DNA from: Oligoflexales bacterium
GTDB taxonomy: Bacteria; Bdellovibrionota_B; Oligoflexia; Oligoflexales; Bog-1112
Length of the DNA: 64,000 bases
NCBI GenBank assembly: GCA_045106415.1
Contig: JBGCEP010000018.1
Location: 55,848 to 119,847 of the forward strand
Direction of reading: 5' to 3'
In this document: positions 8,606-19,539 of the stretch, one piece after another
Numbering within the stretch: the stretch's first letter is position 1
Layout of the letters: each line of letters begins with the position of its first letter
The notes under the pieces: model-generated
What the model saw: the letters and a program-made list of their open reading frames with translations, nothing else
Database searches by the model: none
Told to the model about the DNA's origin: nothing
Position numbers and translations under genes: made by a program

Positions 8606-11128
8606 TTATAACTCTTCTTCTGAAGAAGGAAGCAACGCCCCAACTGCTTGCTGTCGAGACCATACTGTTCCGCCTTCTGAATCCATATCTACCAACCAAC
8701 TTCCACGACACTGTTCCGGGTGATCCATCAACCTGCGCGCAACCGCATCCGACACAAGAGAGCGGAACATTCGCCTAACTGCACGCCCACCTCGATGGCT
8801 ATGTGCCAAAATCTCAGTTTGAATTTTTTCACCAAGTACAATTTTAAAGTTACGCGATCGCAGCCGACGATTCAACTCTTGCAGCTCTTGAGCACACAAT
8901 TGTGACCAAGAACTTTTTGACAGCCCCTCAAACAAAACGATTTCATCAATTCTTTCTACAAGCTCTGGCCGCATCATCTCACTCAACTGAGAACGAATGC
9001 TATCTTCCTCGCCTGACTCAACACTTAAATTTGAAGTCATAACAATCATAGTATGACGAAAATCAATGCTACGCCGCGTAGAATCAGTTAAACGTCCTTC
9101 ATCAAAAATTTGCAGCATAAGATCTAAAACTTTAGGATTCGCTTTTTCAATTTCATCAAGCAAGAGCAAAGTCCAAGGCTGGACTCTCACTGGATCCGTG
9201 AGCTCACCTCCTTGATCATACCCAACATACCCCGGGGGGGCTCCTGTCAACCGAGAGACAGCATGAAGCTCCATATACTCCGACATATCCAAACGAATCA
9301 TACGCCGAGGATCATCATAAAATTCCTTAGCAAGAGCTTTCGCCAGCTGCGTCTTACCAACACCAGTTGGCCCCACGAATAAAAAAACACCTTGAGGCCG
9401 GTCAGGATCTGCTATACCAGCCAAACTCCTTCTTAGTGCTTTCTCCACGGTTTTCACAGCATGAGGCTGGCCAAAAACCTGCTTTGACAGCCTTTCGCCA
9501 AGTCCCTGCAGTTTTTGAAGACGTTCATCATCATCATTGTGGATAGGTATTCCCGTCATTGAAGCCACAACCTCTGCAACTTCAACCGCACCTACTTTTT
9601 GTCTTAACCATGGGTCTTCAACCTGCAAATCTTCTAGATCAACACACAGGCCTTGAGACTCTCCTGTCAATCTTCCTATTTTACGGCTCAGTTCTCCAGC
9701 ATACTCCCATTGCTCGTTTCTCTGAGCTTCTTCAAGCATCTCTTGTATCTCTTGCCTTTCTTGCTCAATACCATTGAGCTCCCCCACTAACTTTTGATGC
9801 TGTCTCCAACGAGATTCTTTAACATCTAAACTCTCTCTAATTTCCAAAATTTCAGCTTCCAGCCTTCCCAATGAGAACGTCTCAGATGGCAACAAGACTT
9901 GCTTTTCCAGCTCACACTGTTCAAGACGTGACTTTAAAGCCTCCACAACTGCAGGCATGCTATCGATTTGAAGCCTCATACGACTACAGGCATCATCCAG
10001 AACATCCAATGCCTTGTCTGGCAATCGTCGCTCCGGCATATACCTCACACTCAAAGAGACAGCCCCCTGCAAGGCTTCATTGTCAATTTGCACCCCATGA
10101 TGGACTTCATAACGGCCTTTCAAGCCTCTCAATATCGATAACGTCACAGCTGAGGTTGGTTCATGAACCTGAATTTGTTGAAAACGCCGAGATAACGCCG
10201 GATCTTTCTCCACATGAAGTCGATATTCCTCTATCGTTGTCGCACCCAAACAGCGCAAATCTCCTCGTGCCAGAGCTGGTTTCATAAGATTTGCTGCATC
10301 CATCGCACCATCAGAACCCCCAGCACCCACCAGCATATGAATCTCATCAATGAAAAGAATGATTTCTTTGCCACATTTTTCCATGGCATCAAGAATTTGC
10401 TTCATTCTCTCTTCGAACTCACCACGAAACCTTGTCCCAGCAACTACGGCCCCAAGATCTAAAGACAAAAGCCTTTGACCTTGAAGCGATTCAGGCACCT
10501 TACCCTCTGTAATTCTTAAAGCTATAGCTTCTGCAATAGCACTTTTTCCTACACCAGGAGGACCGACAACAACTGGATTATTTTTCTTTTTCCGCCCTAA
10601 AACCTGAAGGACTTGGCGAATCTCAAAATCGCGTCCTACAACAGGATCTAAACCACCCTCTGCAGCCATAGCCGTTAAGTCAACGGTGTACTTCTTCAAA
10701 ACTTCTTCATGAGCATCATCATCAGAGCTTGAGCTTACAGAATCTTTCTCTTCAGAGCCTGCAACTTCTTTTGAAGCAGAGGCTTTGGAGCCTTTTACCT
10801 CAGCTATACCTTTTAAAACCTCTGATGCTTGAACAAGTTCTTCCCACATGATCTTTTCATGAACCAAAGAGCTTCCAGCTTTTTTTTCACAGGCATCAAG
10901 GGCTTGATCGAGACGCTTACCAAAAGCGACACCTTTACGGGTAGCAACACGCGGCGCCTGTCGCAAACCTTTTTGCAGAATTTCAACGAAACGAGTTTTT
11001 CGCTGTGCCTTAGCAAAAGCCAAAGCGACATGCTCGACCTCTAATATAGCGTGCCCATAACTGCGGGCATAACGCAACCCATGCTGCAGAGCTTTTTGAC
11101 ACACAAAATCGTAGCGAGACATATCCAT
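8606..11128 (-). CDS. ClpB-like Hsp100 AAA+ ATPase with abbreviated N-domain (start uncertain)
   Basis: [25 protein letters not shown], long coiled-coil middle domain, [32 protein letters not shown]. Confidence 0.9.
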   Translation of the reverse strand: MDMSRYDFVCQKALQHGLRYARSYGHAILEVEHVALAFAKAQRKTRFVEILQKGLRQAPRVATRKGVAFGKRLDQALDACEKKAGSSLVHEKIMWEELVQASEVLKGIAEVKGSKASASKEVAGSEEKDSVSSSSDDDAHEEVLKKYTVDLTAMAAEGGLDPVVGRDFEIRQVLQVLGRKKKNNPVVVGPPGVGKSAIAEAIALRITEGKVPESLQGQRLLSLDLGAVVAGTRFRGEFEERMKQILDAMEKCGKEIILFIDEIHMLVGAGGSDGAMDAANLMKPALARGDLRCLGATTIEEYRLHVEKDPALSRRFQQIQVHEPTSAVTLSILRGLKGRYEVHHGVQIDNEALQGAVSLSVRYMPERRLPDKALDVLDDACSRMRLQIDSMPAVVEALKSRLEQCELEKQVLLPSETFSLGRLEAEILEIRESLDVKESRWRQHQKLVGELNGIEQERQEIQEMLEEAQRNEQWEYAGELSRKIGRLTGESQGLCVDLEDLQVEDPWLRQKVGAVEVAEVVASMTGIPIHNDDDERLQKLQGLGERLSKQVFGQPHAVKTVEKALRRSLAGIADPDRPQGVFLFVGPTGVGKTQLAKALAKEFYDDPRRMIRLDMSEYMELHAVSRLTGAPPGYVGYDQGGELTDPVRVQPWTLLLLDEIEKANPKVLDLMLQIFDEGRLTDSTRRSIDFRHTMIVMTSNLSVESGEEDSIRSQLSEMMRPELVERIDEIVLFEGLSKSSWSQLCAQELQELNRRLRSRNFKIVLGEKIQTEILAHSHRGGRAVRRMFRSLVSDAVARRLMDHPEQCRGSWLVDMDSEGGTVWSRQQAVGALLPSSEEEL

Positions 11129-11186
11129 ATAAACAGGATCGGTCTTTTTTTCAAAAAATAAAGGAACAACCTGCCCACACTTCGAA

Positions 11187-11450
11187 TTAGATTGGTTTCT
11201 TTGAGGCCTCAATAAACTTCAACTTCAGGTCTTCTAGAAGATCCTTCAGCAGAGACTGTTCTTCTCCTTCAAGATTCCCTTTGGTCTTACAGGACAACAT
11301 TTCAATAATATCAATATTTTGCCTTGCTAAATGTAAGTTTTGCGCTCTTGCTTTAAGGTCCTTTGAACCAAGATGCTGCAAAGCAGCAGAAGAGAAACCT
11401 AAGATCAGTGCACTAAAAGAGATTTCATCTCTTTGTTCATTTTGAGCCAT
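11187..11450 (-). CDS. DUF1844-like small protein
   Basis: FS.LILG.SS.AL.HLG...ARQNIDIIEML..KTKGNL..EE..LL..L.DLKLKF pattern; GAGGTG RBS. Confidence 0.8.
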   Translation of the reverse strand: MAQNEQRDEISFSALILGFSSAALQHLGSKDLKARAQNLHLARQNIDIIEMLSCKTKGNLEGEEQSLLKDLLEDLKLKFIEASKKPI

Positions 11451-11589
11451 CAAACACCTCAGTACAAAAACACCACAAATCACGAACTCACAAGTCTTTA
11501 AAAAAGCACGATACTAAATAAACTTCAAAAAGCTAGGTTAGCAATTCATGCAGCCAGCATCAACTGCCCTCCTATGCTATGATAGGCAC

Positions 11590-12330
11590 ATGACAAAACC
11601 CGATGAAAAACAAGGCGTGATCCACTTCTTCAAAGACGAACAAAGCATCGATGCCGTTCGCCTTCGACAAGACAATACAATTTTAGGAAGAGAAAAAGCA
11701 GACATCATTATTGATGACGACCAAGTCTCAGCCACACATTGTCAAATCCACAAAATTAGCGGGACCTACCATCTCTTCGACATGAACAGCACAAATGGAA
11801 CATGGCTTAACTCAGAGCGAGTTGTCCGCGCAAAACTACGATCCGGCGATAAAATTCGCGTTGGCAACACTCATCTTGAATTTCATTTAGAAGAACAACA
11901 AAAGGCCAAATTGATTGGCAATGTTTTTTCAAAAAAAATGGAAGAAAGTGAAAAAACAAGCGTCGTCAACAGCCTCATCGAACAAGAGCTCGCCTCCGCT
12001 GCAGCCTGGCAACTTGAGCTTGCAATTCAATACCCAGACGCGTCGACAGAGCACCTTGTTTTTCATCAAAACATTCTCCTCATTGGCAGAGCGAGTAGCT
12101 TTGGGAAATTCGATGAAGACACCGAAATTTCAAGAAACCACCTAGCCATCAAAGTCAACGACAGCGGAGATGTGTTTATTGAAGATCAAGGGTCCACAAA
12201 CGGCTCATACTTAAATGGAGAGCGTATCAGCGGAATTCATTTGATTACACCCGAAGACAATATTCGTGTTGGAGGATGTGAAATCAAAGCCTATATAAGA
12301 AAAAAACAAAAATCTTCAAAAAAAAATTAA
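11590..12330 (+). CDS. tandem (2x) FHA-domain protein
   Basis: LGR..DI.I.D.QVSATH...DMNSTNGTWLN and IGR...ISRNH...DQGSTNGSYLN. Confidence 0.9.
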   Translation: MTKPDEKQGVIHFFKDEQSIDAVRLRQDNTILGREKADIIIDDDQVSATHCQIHKISGTYHLFDMNSTNGTWLNSERVVRAKLRSGDKIRVGNTHLEFHLEEQQKAKLIGNVFSKKMEESEKTSVVNSLIEQELASAAAWQLELAIQYPDASTEHLVFHQNILLIGRASSFGKFDEDTEISRNHLAIKVNDSGDVFIEDQGSTNGSYLNGERISGIHLITPEDNIRVGGCEIKAYIRKKQKSSKKN

Positions 12331-12791
12331 CAACACACCAAGTTTAAAGCCGTTCATTATTCTAAACTAAATGACACAAAGACCTCGGTCATTGACGACA
12401 AGAAACACGTTTTGATTTCTTTATGATACAAAAAGACAGCACGAAGATAAAATAGCCACCACCCAAATTTTACGATCCACTGTTTTGAGTTTACTTTAAC
12501 CTGCCTACACAGATGAAAAATCAAATCTTTTATTCAATGGAGATAGTTTCACTTTGCGTATATGGGATTTTTTTCTCCACAAACTGACACCGACCGCGCT
12601 ACATATCGCACAGACAACACATTATTTTATAAAGACAAAATCTCAGGGAACGCATCAAGATGACAAGAGAACACTTGTTGTCGCAGACATAAATTTTAAA
12701 AGTCACGAAAATAAATTTAGTATGAAAAAGTTATATCAATTTAATATTGATAAATAAAAGATCTATATTTTTAGGAAAATTAGAAAAAGAA

Positions 12792-12876
<85 letters not shown>

Positions 12877-12916
12877 AGTGACCGGTTTTCACCGGCCGTC
12901 TTGAATCACGTATTTA

Positions 12917-13276
12917 CTAGGCACTTAAAGCTTGGCGAGCTTTCTCAACAATTTGTGAGAAACCGTCTTTATCACGAATACACATATCCGCGAGGACACT
13001 ACGGTCTAGCTCAATACCAGCTTGATTCAAACCATGGATAAATGAAGAGTACTTCATTCCTTCAGTGCGTACTGCAGCTGAAATACGGATAATCCAAAGT
13101 CGTCGAAAATCACGCTTCTTTACCTTACGGTCTCTGTAAGCATAACTCAAGGCCTTTTTAACAACATGTGCCGCTGTGCGGTACCTGGTGCTACGAGATC
13201 CACGGAAGCCTTTTGCCCGCTCAAGTACGCCTTTTCTACGACGCCTCGCTTTGAATCCTCGTTTTACTCGTGCCAC
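12917..13276 (-). CDS. rplT: 50S ribosomal protein L20
   Basis: MARVKRG...AKGFRG..YAYRDRKVKKRDFRRLWIIRI. Confidence 0.98.
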   Translation of the reverse strand: MARVKRGFKARRRRKGVLERAKGFRGSRSTRYRTAAHVVKKALSYAYRDRKVKKRDFRRLWIIRISAAVRTEGMKYSSFIHGLNQAGIELDRSVLADMCIRDKDGFSQIVEKARQALSA

Positions 13277-13299
13277 GTTCGTTCCTCTCTAAATCAAAA

Positions 13300-13497
13300 T
13301 TAGCCGTTTGGCAAACAAGCCAAGACTAGACCGCGATCGGCGTTACTTACATAACTACCTTTTTTCAAACGGTTTTTACGATCACTAGGCTTTTTTGTGA
13401 GAATGTGTTCACAGTTGGCCTTAGCTCTCTTGATCTTGCCTGAAGCCTTGATGCGAAATCTTTTCGCAGCCGCTTTTTTGGTTTTCAGTTTTGGCAT
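13300..13497 (-). CDS. rpmI: 50S ribosomal protein L35
   Basis: MPKLKTKKAAAKRF...HILTKK. Confidence 0.97.
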   Translation of the reverse strand: MPKLKTKKAAAKRFRIKASGKIKRAKANCEHILTKKPSDRKNRLKKGSYVSNADRGLVLACLPNG

Positions 13498-13656
13498 ATC
13501 TTTGTCCTAACTGTTTTTGGACATGAATCACGTCCCAAACTTCTACCACAGAAGTCTGAGAGCACTGGATATCATACAGATTTCACCAAAGCAACAAACT
13601 TCGGTGTTTTTTATTTTTTTATGTGAAATTTTGCAGTGCAAGTCCCTTAAATGAGG

Positions 13657-14433
13657 CTAAGCAGCTGGCAAAGCAATCATAATCCTAGCTTCTTGCACAA
13701 GACGCTCATGATTTGCAATTGCATCACGCCAACGGCCAGCAGGCATTCTAAGCACTCCGGCAGAGACAAACTCCACCTCTACCGATAGTGGGCGACGGCC
13801 CACTGAACGAGACACTTCTTGGCGGGACGGCTCTCTATACCACCTCCCCATTAATCTTTCATCAAAAGCAGAGCGATGGATATGACTTAAATCCATGAGA
13901 ACACGAGAGTTTTCATCAATAATTTTGTAAAACCCCGTCGGAGACCCTTGGTTCTTCAAACGAAAAACTAAACCTGTGAATGGACTTTCTTTCGCTTGTG
14001 TCTTTTCATCTAAAAAATTTAAGCCTTCACGTAAGATAGCTCTAGAGAGTCGATTTTCAAAATGATGAGTCAAACTGCCACCTGAGTGGTATTCGGTGTT
14101 TTTAAGCCAAGTCGTTGTTTCTACTAGATTACCTGCTTTTTTTGCTTGCTCAAGCGCTGTCATCTCGACCATCCCTGCCTGAGTTGATATTGTTCGATTT
14201 AATTCAATAACCCTATTTTTCAAGTAAGTCAGCCCCTGCCTTCTAGCGTCAAGATCCAGATCTTGCCAGGAAAAGTCTGACTTAGAGGAGGCAACACGGC
14301 TCGACTGTCGAATTTTTGCCACACTCCAGTCAATTTCAAGCGTTCCTTGGTGTTCAACAACCTTTTCTGCGTACACACCTGTTGTGAAAGCTACGAACAT
14401 GAAGACAAATGAGTATAATTGTATGATGCGCAT
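13657..14433 (-). CDS. exported hypothetical protein
   Basis: Signal peptide (..GVYA); IDWS and FTGLVF segments loosely recall LPP20-annotated periplasmic proteins (weak). Confidence 0.6.
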   Translation of the reverse strand: MRIIQLYSFVFMFVAFTTGVYAEKVVEHQGTLEIDWSVAKIRQSSRVASSKSDFSWQDLDLDARRQGLTYLKNRVIELNRTISTQAGMVEMTALEQAKKAGNLVETTTWLKNTEYHSGGSLTHHFENRLSRAILREGLNFLDEKTQAKESPFTGLVFRLKNQGSPTGFYKIIDENSRVLMDLSHIHRSAFDERLMGRWYREPSRQEVSRSVGRRPLSVEVEFVSAGVLRMPAGRWRDAIANHERLVQEARIMIALPAA

Positions 14434-14592
14434 ATAAACCTCAGGGCGTGATTTTCTGAAATTGTATCAGGAATTTTAATAGAAGTAATGCACTCGTGAA
14501 GAAGGATTCTTGTTTACGCGACGAGCCTATCCGATATAGTCATAGAGTGCTCATGTAGAAGAGCCGCAAATACTCACAGAGAAAGGCAGCGT

Positions 14593-16149
14593 ATGCTTGA
14601 AACATATATTGGACTTGGCGTCATCTCAACAATTGCAGGTTTTATTCTTTTCCGAGGACTCCTTTTCGCATTACCAAGGCGTTTGAGCTCTGCTCATTAC
14701 GATCAACGAAAAGAAGTGATTAGCGAAGCAAAGCGCCAAGCGGAAAGCATTCTTAAAAACGCCCGCACACAAGAAGATGAAGCTATTGAAATCATGGAAG
14801 AAGAACTTAAAGATGAAATTGAACAGGAACAAGAAGCCCTTGAAGACCTGAAAACTGAGCTCGACGATCAAGATCGTTACCTCAAAAGCGTGCAAAAGCA
14901 AACAGAGAACGCTGAGAACAAAGTGACCAAGCGTGAGGGCGCGATTCAGATCATTCAACAAGAAACTGTAAAAAAACAAGAAGACCTCAAAACAGAGCAA
15001 GAAAACCTCATTACAACTCTCACTTCACAAACAGACCTTCAAATTGATCACACACGCCAGCAACTTCAGCAGCAAATTCTCGATGCTAGAACAGTTGAGT
15101 GCCAAAGGTTTCTCAAAGCCCTAGAAGACAATTTCTCATCTGAAGCATCACGAAATGCAAAAAGAATATTGGAAAAAGCAAACGCTCGATATGCCCCAAC
15201 TTTTTATTGGCCGAAACACTCTAATACCGTGGAAGCAGAACAAAAAATCATCGACACCCTTCAAAAGGAGGGTGACACAACTCTAGAGGAACTATCAGAA
15301 CTTTCAGGCTGTCAAATTCAACCAGCCACAGAAACTTCTATCCCCATGATCCGACTTTCTGGGGGCTTCGGCATCGACCGTGAGTCTGCACGACTTGCCC
15401 TCGAAACAGCACTTCAAGGGCAATCACCAAAGTGGAGACAACTCCCTGATCTGTATCAAAACCAAAGACAGCGCTTGATGGCAGAGGCTTCAGATCTAGG
15501 GGAAAAAGCCATTCATCAACTTCAGCTTCCCAATATCCACACAGAGCTCCAAAGGCTCGTCGGCGCTCTGAATTGGCGTACTTCATATCGCCAAAATCAA
15601 TGGCACCATACCGTTGAAGTGGCCACTCTCGCCGGACTTCTCGCAAGCGAAGTTGGCGTCGACCCCGAACACGCAAAGCGCTGCGGACTCTTGCACGACA
15701 TAGGAAAGGCCCTGGACTACAATATTGAAGGAAGTCACGCTGTTATTAGTGGTGATTACGCTGACCGTTACGGAGAATCTAGATTTATCTGTGATGCAGT
15801 CATGTCTCATCACGACGACCTGATTGTGGAGTCGCCTCTGGCATGGCTTTTACGTGCTGCCGACACCATGTCAGGCGCTCGACCAGGAGCTCGCGTAAAC
15901 TTAGAAGAAGGCTACCAGATTCGACTCGACGCAATCTCAGAAGCCGCTCATTCTTTTTCTGAGGTCTCAAACCTTGCCATTATGAATGGTGGTCGAGAGG
16001 TTCACGTCCAGGTACACAGCAATACAAAAGAGCGAGAGGTTCAATCTCTCCCAAGACGCCTGGCTGACAAGATCGAAGAAAATGTCGCCTACCCTGGTCA
16101 AATACGCGTTGTCGTAACACGAACATTTGAGTCGGTCGCTGTGGCTTAA
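14593..16149 (+). CDS. RNase Y paralog A (intact HD domain, degenerate KH)
   Basis: N-terminal TM plus coiled coil; WRTSYRQN..HH, GLLHDIGKA, SHHDD, AADTMSGARPGAR, GREVHV, YPGQIRVVVTR; no IGREG loop. Confidence 0.88.
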   Translation: MLETYIGLGVISTIAGFILFRGLLFALPRRLSSAHYDQRKEVISEAKRQAESILKNARTQEDEAIEIMEEELKDEIEQEQEALEDLKTELDDQDRYLKSVQKQTENAENKVTKREGAIQIIQQETVKKQEDLKTEQENLITTLTSQTDLQIDHTRQQLQQQILDARTVECQRFLKALEDNFSSEASRNAKRILEKANARYAPTFYWPKHSNTVEAEQKIIDTLQKEGDTTLEELSELSGCQIQPATETSIPMIRLSGGFGIDRESARLALETALQGQSPKWRQLPDLYQNQRQRLMAEASDLGEKAIHQLQLPNIHTELQRLVGALNWRTSYRQNQWHHTVEVATLAGLLASEVGVDPEHAKRCGLLHDIGKALDYNIEGSHAVISGDYADRYGESRFICDAVMSHHDDLIVESPLAWLLRAADTMSGARPGARVNLEEGYQIRLDAISEAAHSFSEVSNLAIMNGGREVHVQVHSNTKEREVQSLPRRLADKIEENVAYPGQIRVVVTRTFESVAVA

Positions 16150-16193
16150 AAAACGGTGATGATAGAATAGAAAAAACTCTATTGGGGGTCAGC

Positions 16194-16850
16194 ATGACTC
16201 ATATCATCTCAAAAACAGAAATTCAAAGCCTTGAGCTCGAGTGCCTTGGAAAGCCACACAATATCGAACTCAAACTTCAATTAGGATGCCTATTTCATAA
16301 AAATGGTCAATTTGCAGAGGCTGTACAAACCTATGAGGCCATCCTTCAGCAAGACCCTTCACACCCTGAAGCAAACCTCTCCATTATCGTCGTCCTCATT
16401 GATCTCAATGAATATGAAGATGCTCATAGACGCTATCTACACTTCAATCAACAACAAGCCCACACGTACACAGCTGCTCATCAAATAGCAAACCACCACA
16501 AAGCTCTCGCAAAACTTTATAAGCATGAAAAAAAAGTGAGCCTAGCAAACCAAGAGCTTCGAAAAGCTCTGCAAATTAACCCGAAAGATGTGCAGGCACG
16601 CGTTGAATTATCAAAAACATCTATGGATCAAAAAGACTACAGCACCGCACAGCAAGAGCTAGAGAAAGTTATCGCCATACAACCTGATCATGACGAAGCT
16701 CTCACTATGTTAGGGCTTGTTTATCATCAAAACGGGAGCCATCATAAAGCAGCAAGGCACTGGATGCAGGCAAGAAGGCTAAATCATCAGCAAAAAGCAG
16801 CACAAATTATGCTACAAGCCACACAAAACTCGACCACCTCACCAACTTAA
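16194..16850 (+). CDS. tetratricopeptide repeat protein
   Basis: Multiple TPR helix pairs (KALQINPKDVQAR, IQPDHDEALTMLGLVY). Confidence 0.85.
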   Translation: MTHIISKTEIQSLELECLGKPHNIELKLQLGCLFHKNGQFAEAVQTYEAILQQDPSHPEANLSIIVVLIDLNEYEDAHRRYLHFNQQQAHTYTAAHQIANHHKALAKLYKHEKKVSLANQELRKALQINPKDVQARVELSKTSMDQKDYSTAQQELEKVIAIQPDHDEALTMLGLVYHQNGSHHKAARHWMQARRLNHQQKAAQIMLQATQNSTTSPT

Positions 16851-17434
16851 AAACCACGCTCCAACACCTCTTCAATCACGTCATCTTCGACGCGACAAAC
16901 GCTCGACTCTCTTAAGTTTTTCATCTCAGCTAAAATAGAATAAAGACGATCACCCTCAACAACCCATTGATCTATTACAAAACGCTCTCCAACCCTCATA
17001 ACGATGTTCTTCGCTTGACTCACAGACTCCCCCTCAAGCCAAATCATACGAGTCAGAAGCCATGGAAAGCTTAAGGGTTGCACTCGACCATTTTCATCAT
17101 GCCACACAACGGTTTGACTCCCGTTCGATAATTTTTGTGAATACAACACTTGAGATCCTGGCCCCTGAAGCGCCAAACGCAGACCCTCACCGCCGCCAAT
17201 AGACACAGAGCTTTCTAGATAGCTCGGAGCACCAAGACGCTCAGCGCATGACGCGACAGGGCCATCAACACCACTAACTCTATGAAAAAGAGGGCACACT
17301 TGATACATCTCAACTAATTTTTGGCAAGCTGATTGAACCTGAGACAAAACCCTATCAGATCTATTGACATCGCTTTGAGCTAAAGCTGTGCTCGCTGAGT
17401 TCAAAACCCAAAAAGTGAGATACAAAAACTTCAT
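16847..17434 (-). CDS. exported hypothetical protein
   Basis: ATG 17434 with GGAGG RBS; signal peptide MKFLY...ALA-Q. Confidence 0.65.
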   Translation of the reverse strand: MKFLYLTFWVLNSASTALAQSDVNRSDRVLSQVQSACQKLVEMYQVCPLFHRVSGVDGPVASCAERLGAPSYLESSVSIGGGEGLRLALQGPGSQVLYSQKLSNGSQTVVWHDENGRVQPLSFPWLLTRMIWLEGESVSQAKNIVMRVGERFVIDQWVVEGDRLYSILAEMKNLRESSVCRVEDDVIEEVLERGF

Positions 17435-17453
17435 ATAAGACCTCCAGGTTAGC

Positions 17454-17481
17454 GTATCGGCATTCGTGAGGTGAAAACTAA
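17454..17481 (-). promoter_or_regulatory. sigma28-like promoter
   Basis: Minus strand TTAGTTTT-N12-GCCGATAC just upstream of the RBS of 16847..17434. Confidence 0.4.
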
Positions 17482-17592
17482 GCGAAAGATCATAAAGATC
17501 TGAACACACTAAAAACATTTAAAAAAACAAACATAACTTGGTTTTCTCTTAAAGATATGGTTGTTTGCCGTAAACAAAATACGGAGAACACC

Positions 17593-18444
17593 ATGTACGT
17601 TATGACTGTCGACTATCATGCCCCTGACGCCGCTGCGCAGGTGATTGAGTCTATGCAAAAAACAGGATTTGTCGTATTAGACAATCACGACATTCCCATA
17701 GATCTCATTGCGAAATCGTATGAAGAGTGGCAACAATTCTTCAAACAACCAGAAGATCAAAAGCTTAAATATAAATTCCAAAGAGATTTTAAAATTGTTC
17801 AAGACGGGTTCTTCCCATCTTCAACCTCTGAGACAGCAAAAGGAAGTCAGATAAAAGACTTAAAAGAGTTCTACCACTACTACCCATGCGGCCGCACCCC
17901 AGAAGGGATGTCAGACGCCACAGCAGAACTAAGAACTCAGCTCATTAATATCTCCCGAGATATCCTCACTTGGTTGGAAAAAGGCCTCCCAGAAAACACA
18001 AGGCAAGATTTGTCTATGCCTCTCGTCGATATGATCGACACAGAGCAACAGAGTCTGCTTCGCATTCTTCACTATCCACCTCTTTCTGAGCACCCTGAAG
18101 GCGCAATGAGAGCAGCCGCTCATGAAGACATCAACCTCATCACTCTCATACCAGCTGCAACAGCCTCAGGCCTCCAAGTACAAGATGTTCATGGACGTTG
18201 GCACAACATTGAAAGCAAACCAAATCAAATTATTATTAACTGTGGAGATATGCTTCAAGAGTCGAGTCAAAATCACTATAAAGCCACCACACACCGGGTT
18301 ATGAACCCACAAGACCAATCGGCACATACATCTCGGTATTCCATTCCATTTTTCTTACACCCTCGAAGTGACGTACGACTTTCTGAACGCTATACAGCAG
18401 GAAGTTACTTGACCGAGCGTTTAAAAGAATTAGGCTTGCTGTAA
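17593..18444 (+). CDS. 2-oxoglutarate/Fe(II) oxygenase, isopenicillin N synthase family
   Basis: LLRILHYPP, AHEDINLITL (HxD), NCGDMLQ, TTHRV, RYSIPFFLHP. Confidence 0.92.
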   Translation: MYVMTVDYHAPDAAAQVIESMQKTGFVVLDNHDIPIDLIAKSYEEWQQFFKQPEDQKLKYKFQRDFKIVQDGFFPSSTSETAKGSQIKDLKEFYHYYPCGRTPEGMSDATAELRTQLINISRDILTWLEKGLPENTRQDLSMPLVDMIDTEQQSLLRILHYPPLSEHPEGAMRAAAHEDINLITLIPAATASGLQVQDVHGRWHNIESKPNQIIINCGDMLQESSQNHYKATTHRVMNPQDQSAHTSRYSIPFFLHPRSDVRLSERYTAGSYLTERLKELGLL

Positions 18445-18499
18445 ACACATAAAAATTCATGGTATAAGTGATGGCTGTTTCATACTGGAGCCATCACTT

Positions 18500-19537
18500 A
18501 TGTCTCATAAAAAACTTATCTTAATTTACGGCGGTGCTTCCGTCGAACATGATATTTCATGCCTCAGTGCTCAATGGGTATATAACAACGTCCCTTCTGG
18601 GTATCAGTGCGAGCCTATTCTTGTCGATAGACAATCTCAATGGTGGCATACGCCTCACGTACTTTCATCTGACACTGAGCTTAAAAATGGCAAACCATTT
18701 CACAATTTTTTAGATTGTTTGGAAACGTTTGGAACAAATGAAGACACTGTCTATTTCATCGCTATACACGGCACAGGAGGTGAAGACGGCAACCTTCAAG
18801 GCGCTCTTACTTTTGCCAACGCTATTTTCACAGGTTGCAACACTGTCACTTCCTCTCTTTCTATGGATAAAGATTTTGCAAAAACTATAGTAAAAAACGC
18901 AGGCATTCTTGTTGCTGACGGGATTTGTGTTCACAAAACACTCAATTCTCTTCCAAAGCATATGACGTACCCGGTCTTCGTTAAGCCTGCAAATCTCGGC
19001 AGCTCTGTTGGGGTGTCTCGCGTCAACTCCGAGCAGGAGCTCACACATGCAGTCTCACACGCCCTCACTTTTGACAGCAAAGTCCTTATTGAGGCTGAGA
19101 TCGTAGGTCGAGAGGTGGAATGCGCTATTCTAGAAGATCAAGCTTTGGTTGTCAGCATACCAGGAGAAGTCATCACCGAGCACTCTTTTTACAGCTACGA
19201 AGCAAAATATCTCGATAAAAAAGCAACCCGAGTTCAAGTTCCAGCTGACCTCCCGCAAGACACCTTGAATCACCTACAAGAACAGGGCTTAAAAGCCGCA
19301 AAAGCTCTTGGAGTTGAAGGATTTGCGCGCATTGATTTTTTTGTCACTGAAAATGACTCAAGCGTAGTCTTCAATGAAATTAATACAATTCCAGGGCTTA
19401 CAGAATATTCCCTTTTTCCTAGATTATGGCAATATGAAGGAAAAAGCGGATCAACCGTCCTGGACATCATTTTTACAGCGGCTATCAAACGCTGGAAAAA
19501 AAATCAGATTCTTCAACGATCATTACACAAAGGATAA
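18500..19537 (+). CDS. ddl: D-alanine--D-alanine ligase
   Basis: GGASVEHDIS, HGTGGEDG, KPANLGSSVG, RIDFF, NEINTIPG. Confidence 0.96.
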   Translation: MSHKKLILIYGGASVEHDISCLSAQWVYNNVPSGYQCEPILVDRQSQWWHTPHVLSSDTELKNGKPFHNFLDCLETFGTNEDTVYFIAIHGTGGEDGNLQGALTFANAIFTGCNTVTSSLSMDKDFAKTIVKNAGILVADGICVHKTLNSLPKHMTYPVFVKPANLGSSVGVSRVNSEQELTHAVSHALTFDSKVLIEAEIVGREVECAILEDQALVVSIPGEVITEHSFYSYEAKYLDKKATRVQVPADLPQDTLNHLQEQGLKAAKALGVEGFARIDFFVTENDSSVVFNEINTIPGLTEYSLFPRLWQYEGKSGSTVLDIIFTAAIKRWKKNQILQRSLHKG

Positions 19538-19539
19538 CT

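Noticed and set aside
8606..12330. Type VI secretion (ClpV plus FHA) locus
   Set aside because: No tss, hcp or vgrG genes nearby; flanked by housekeeping genes
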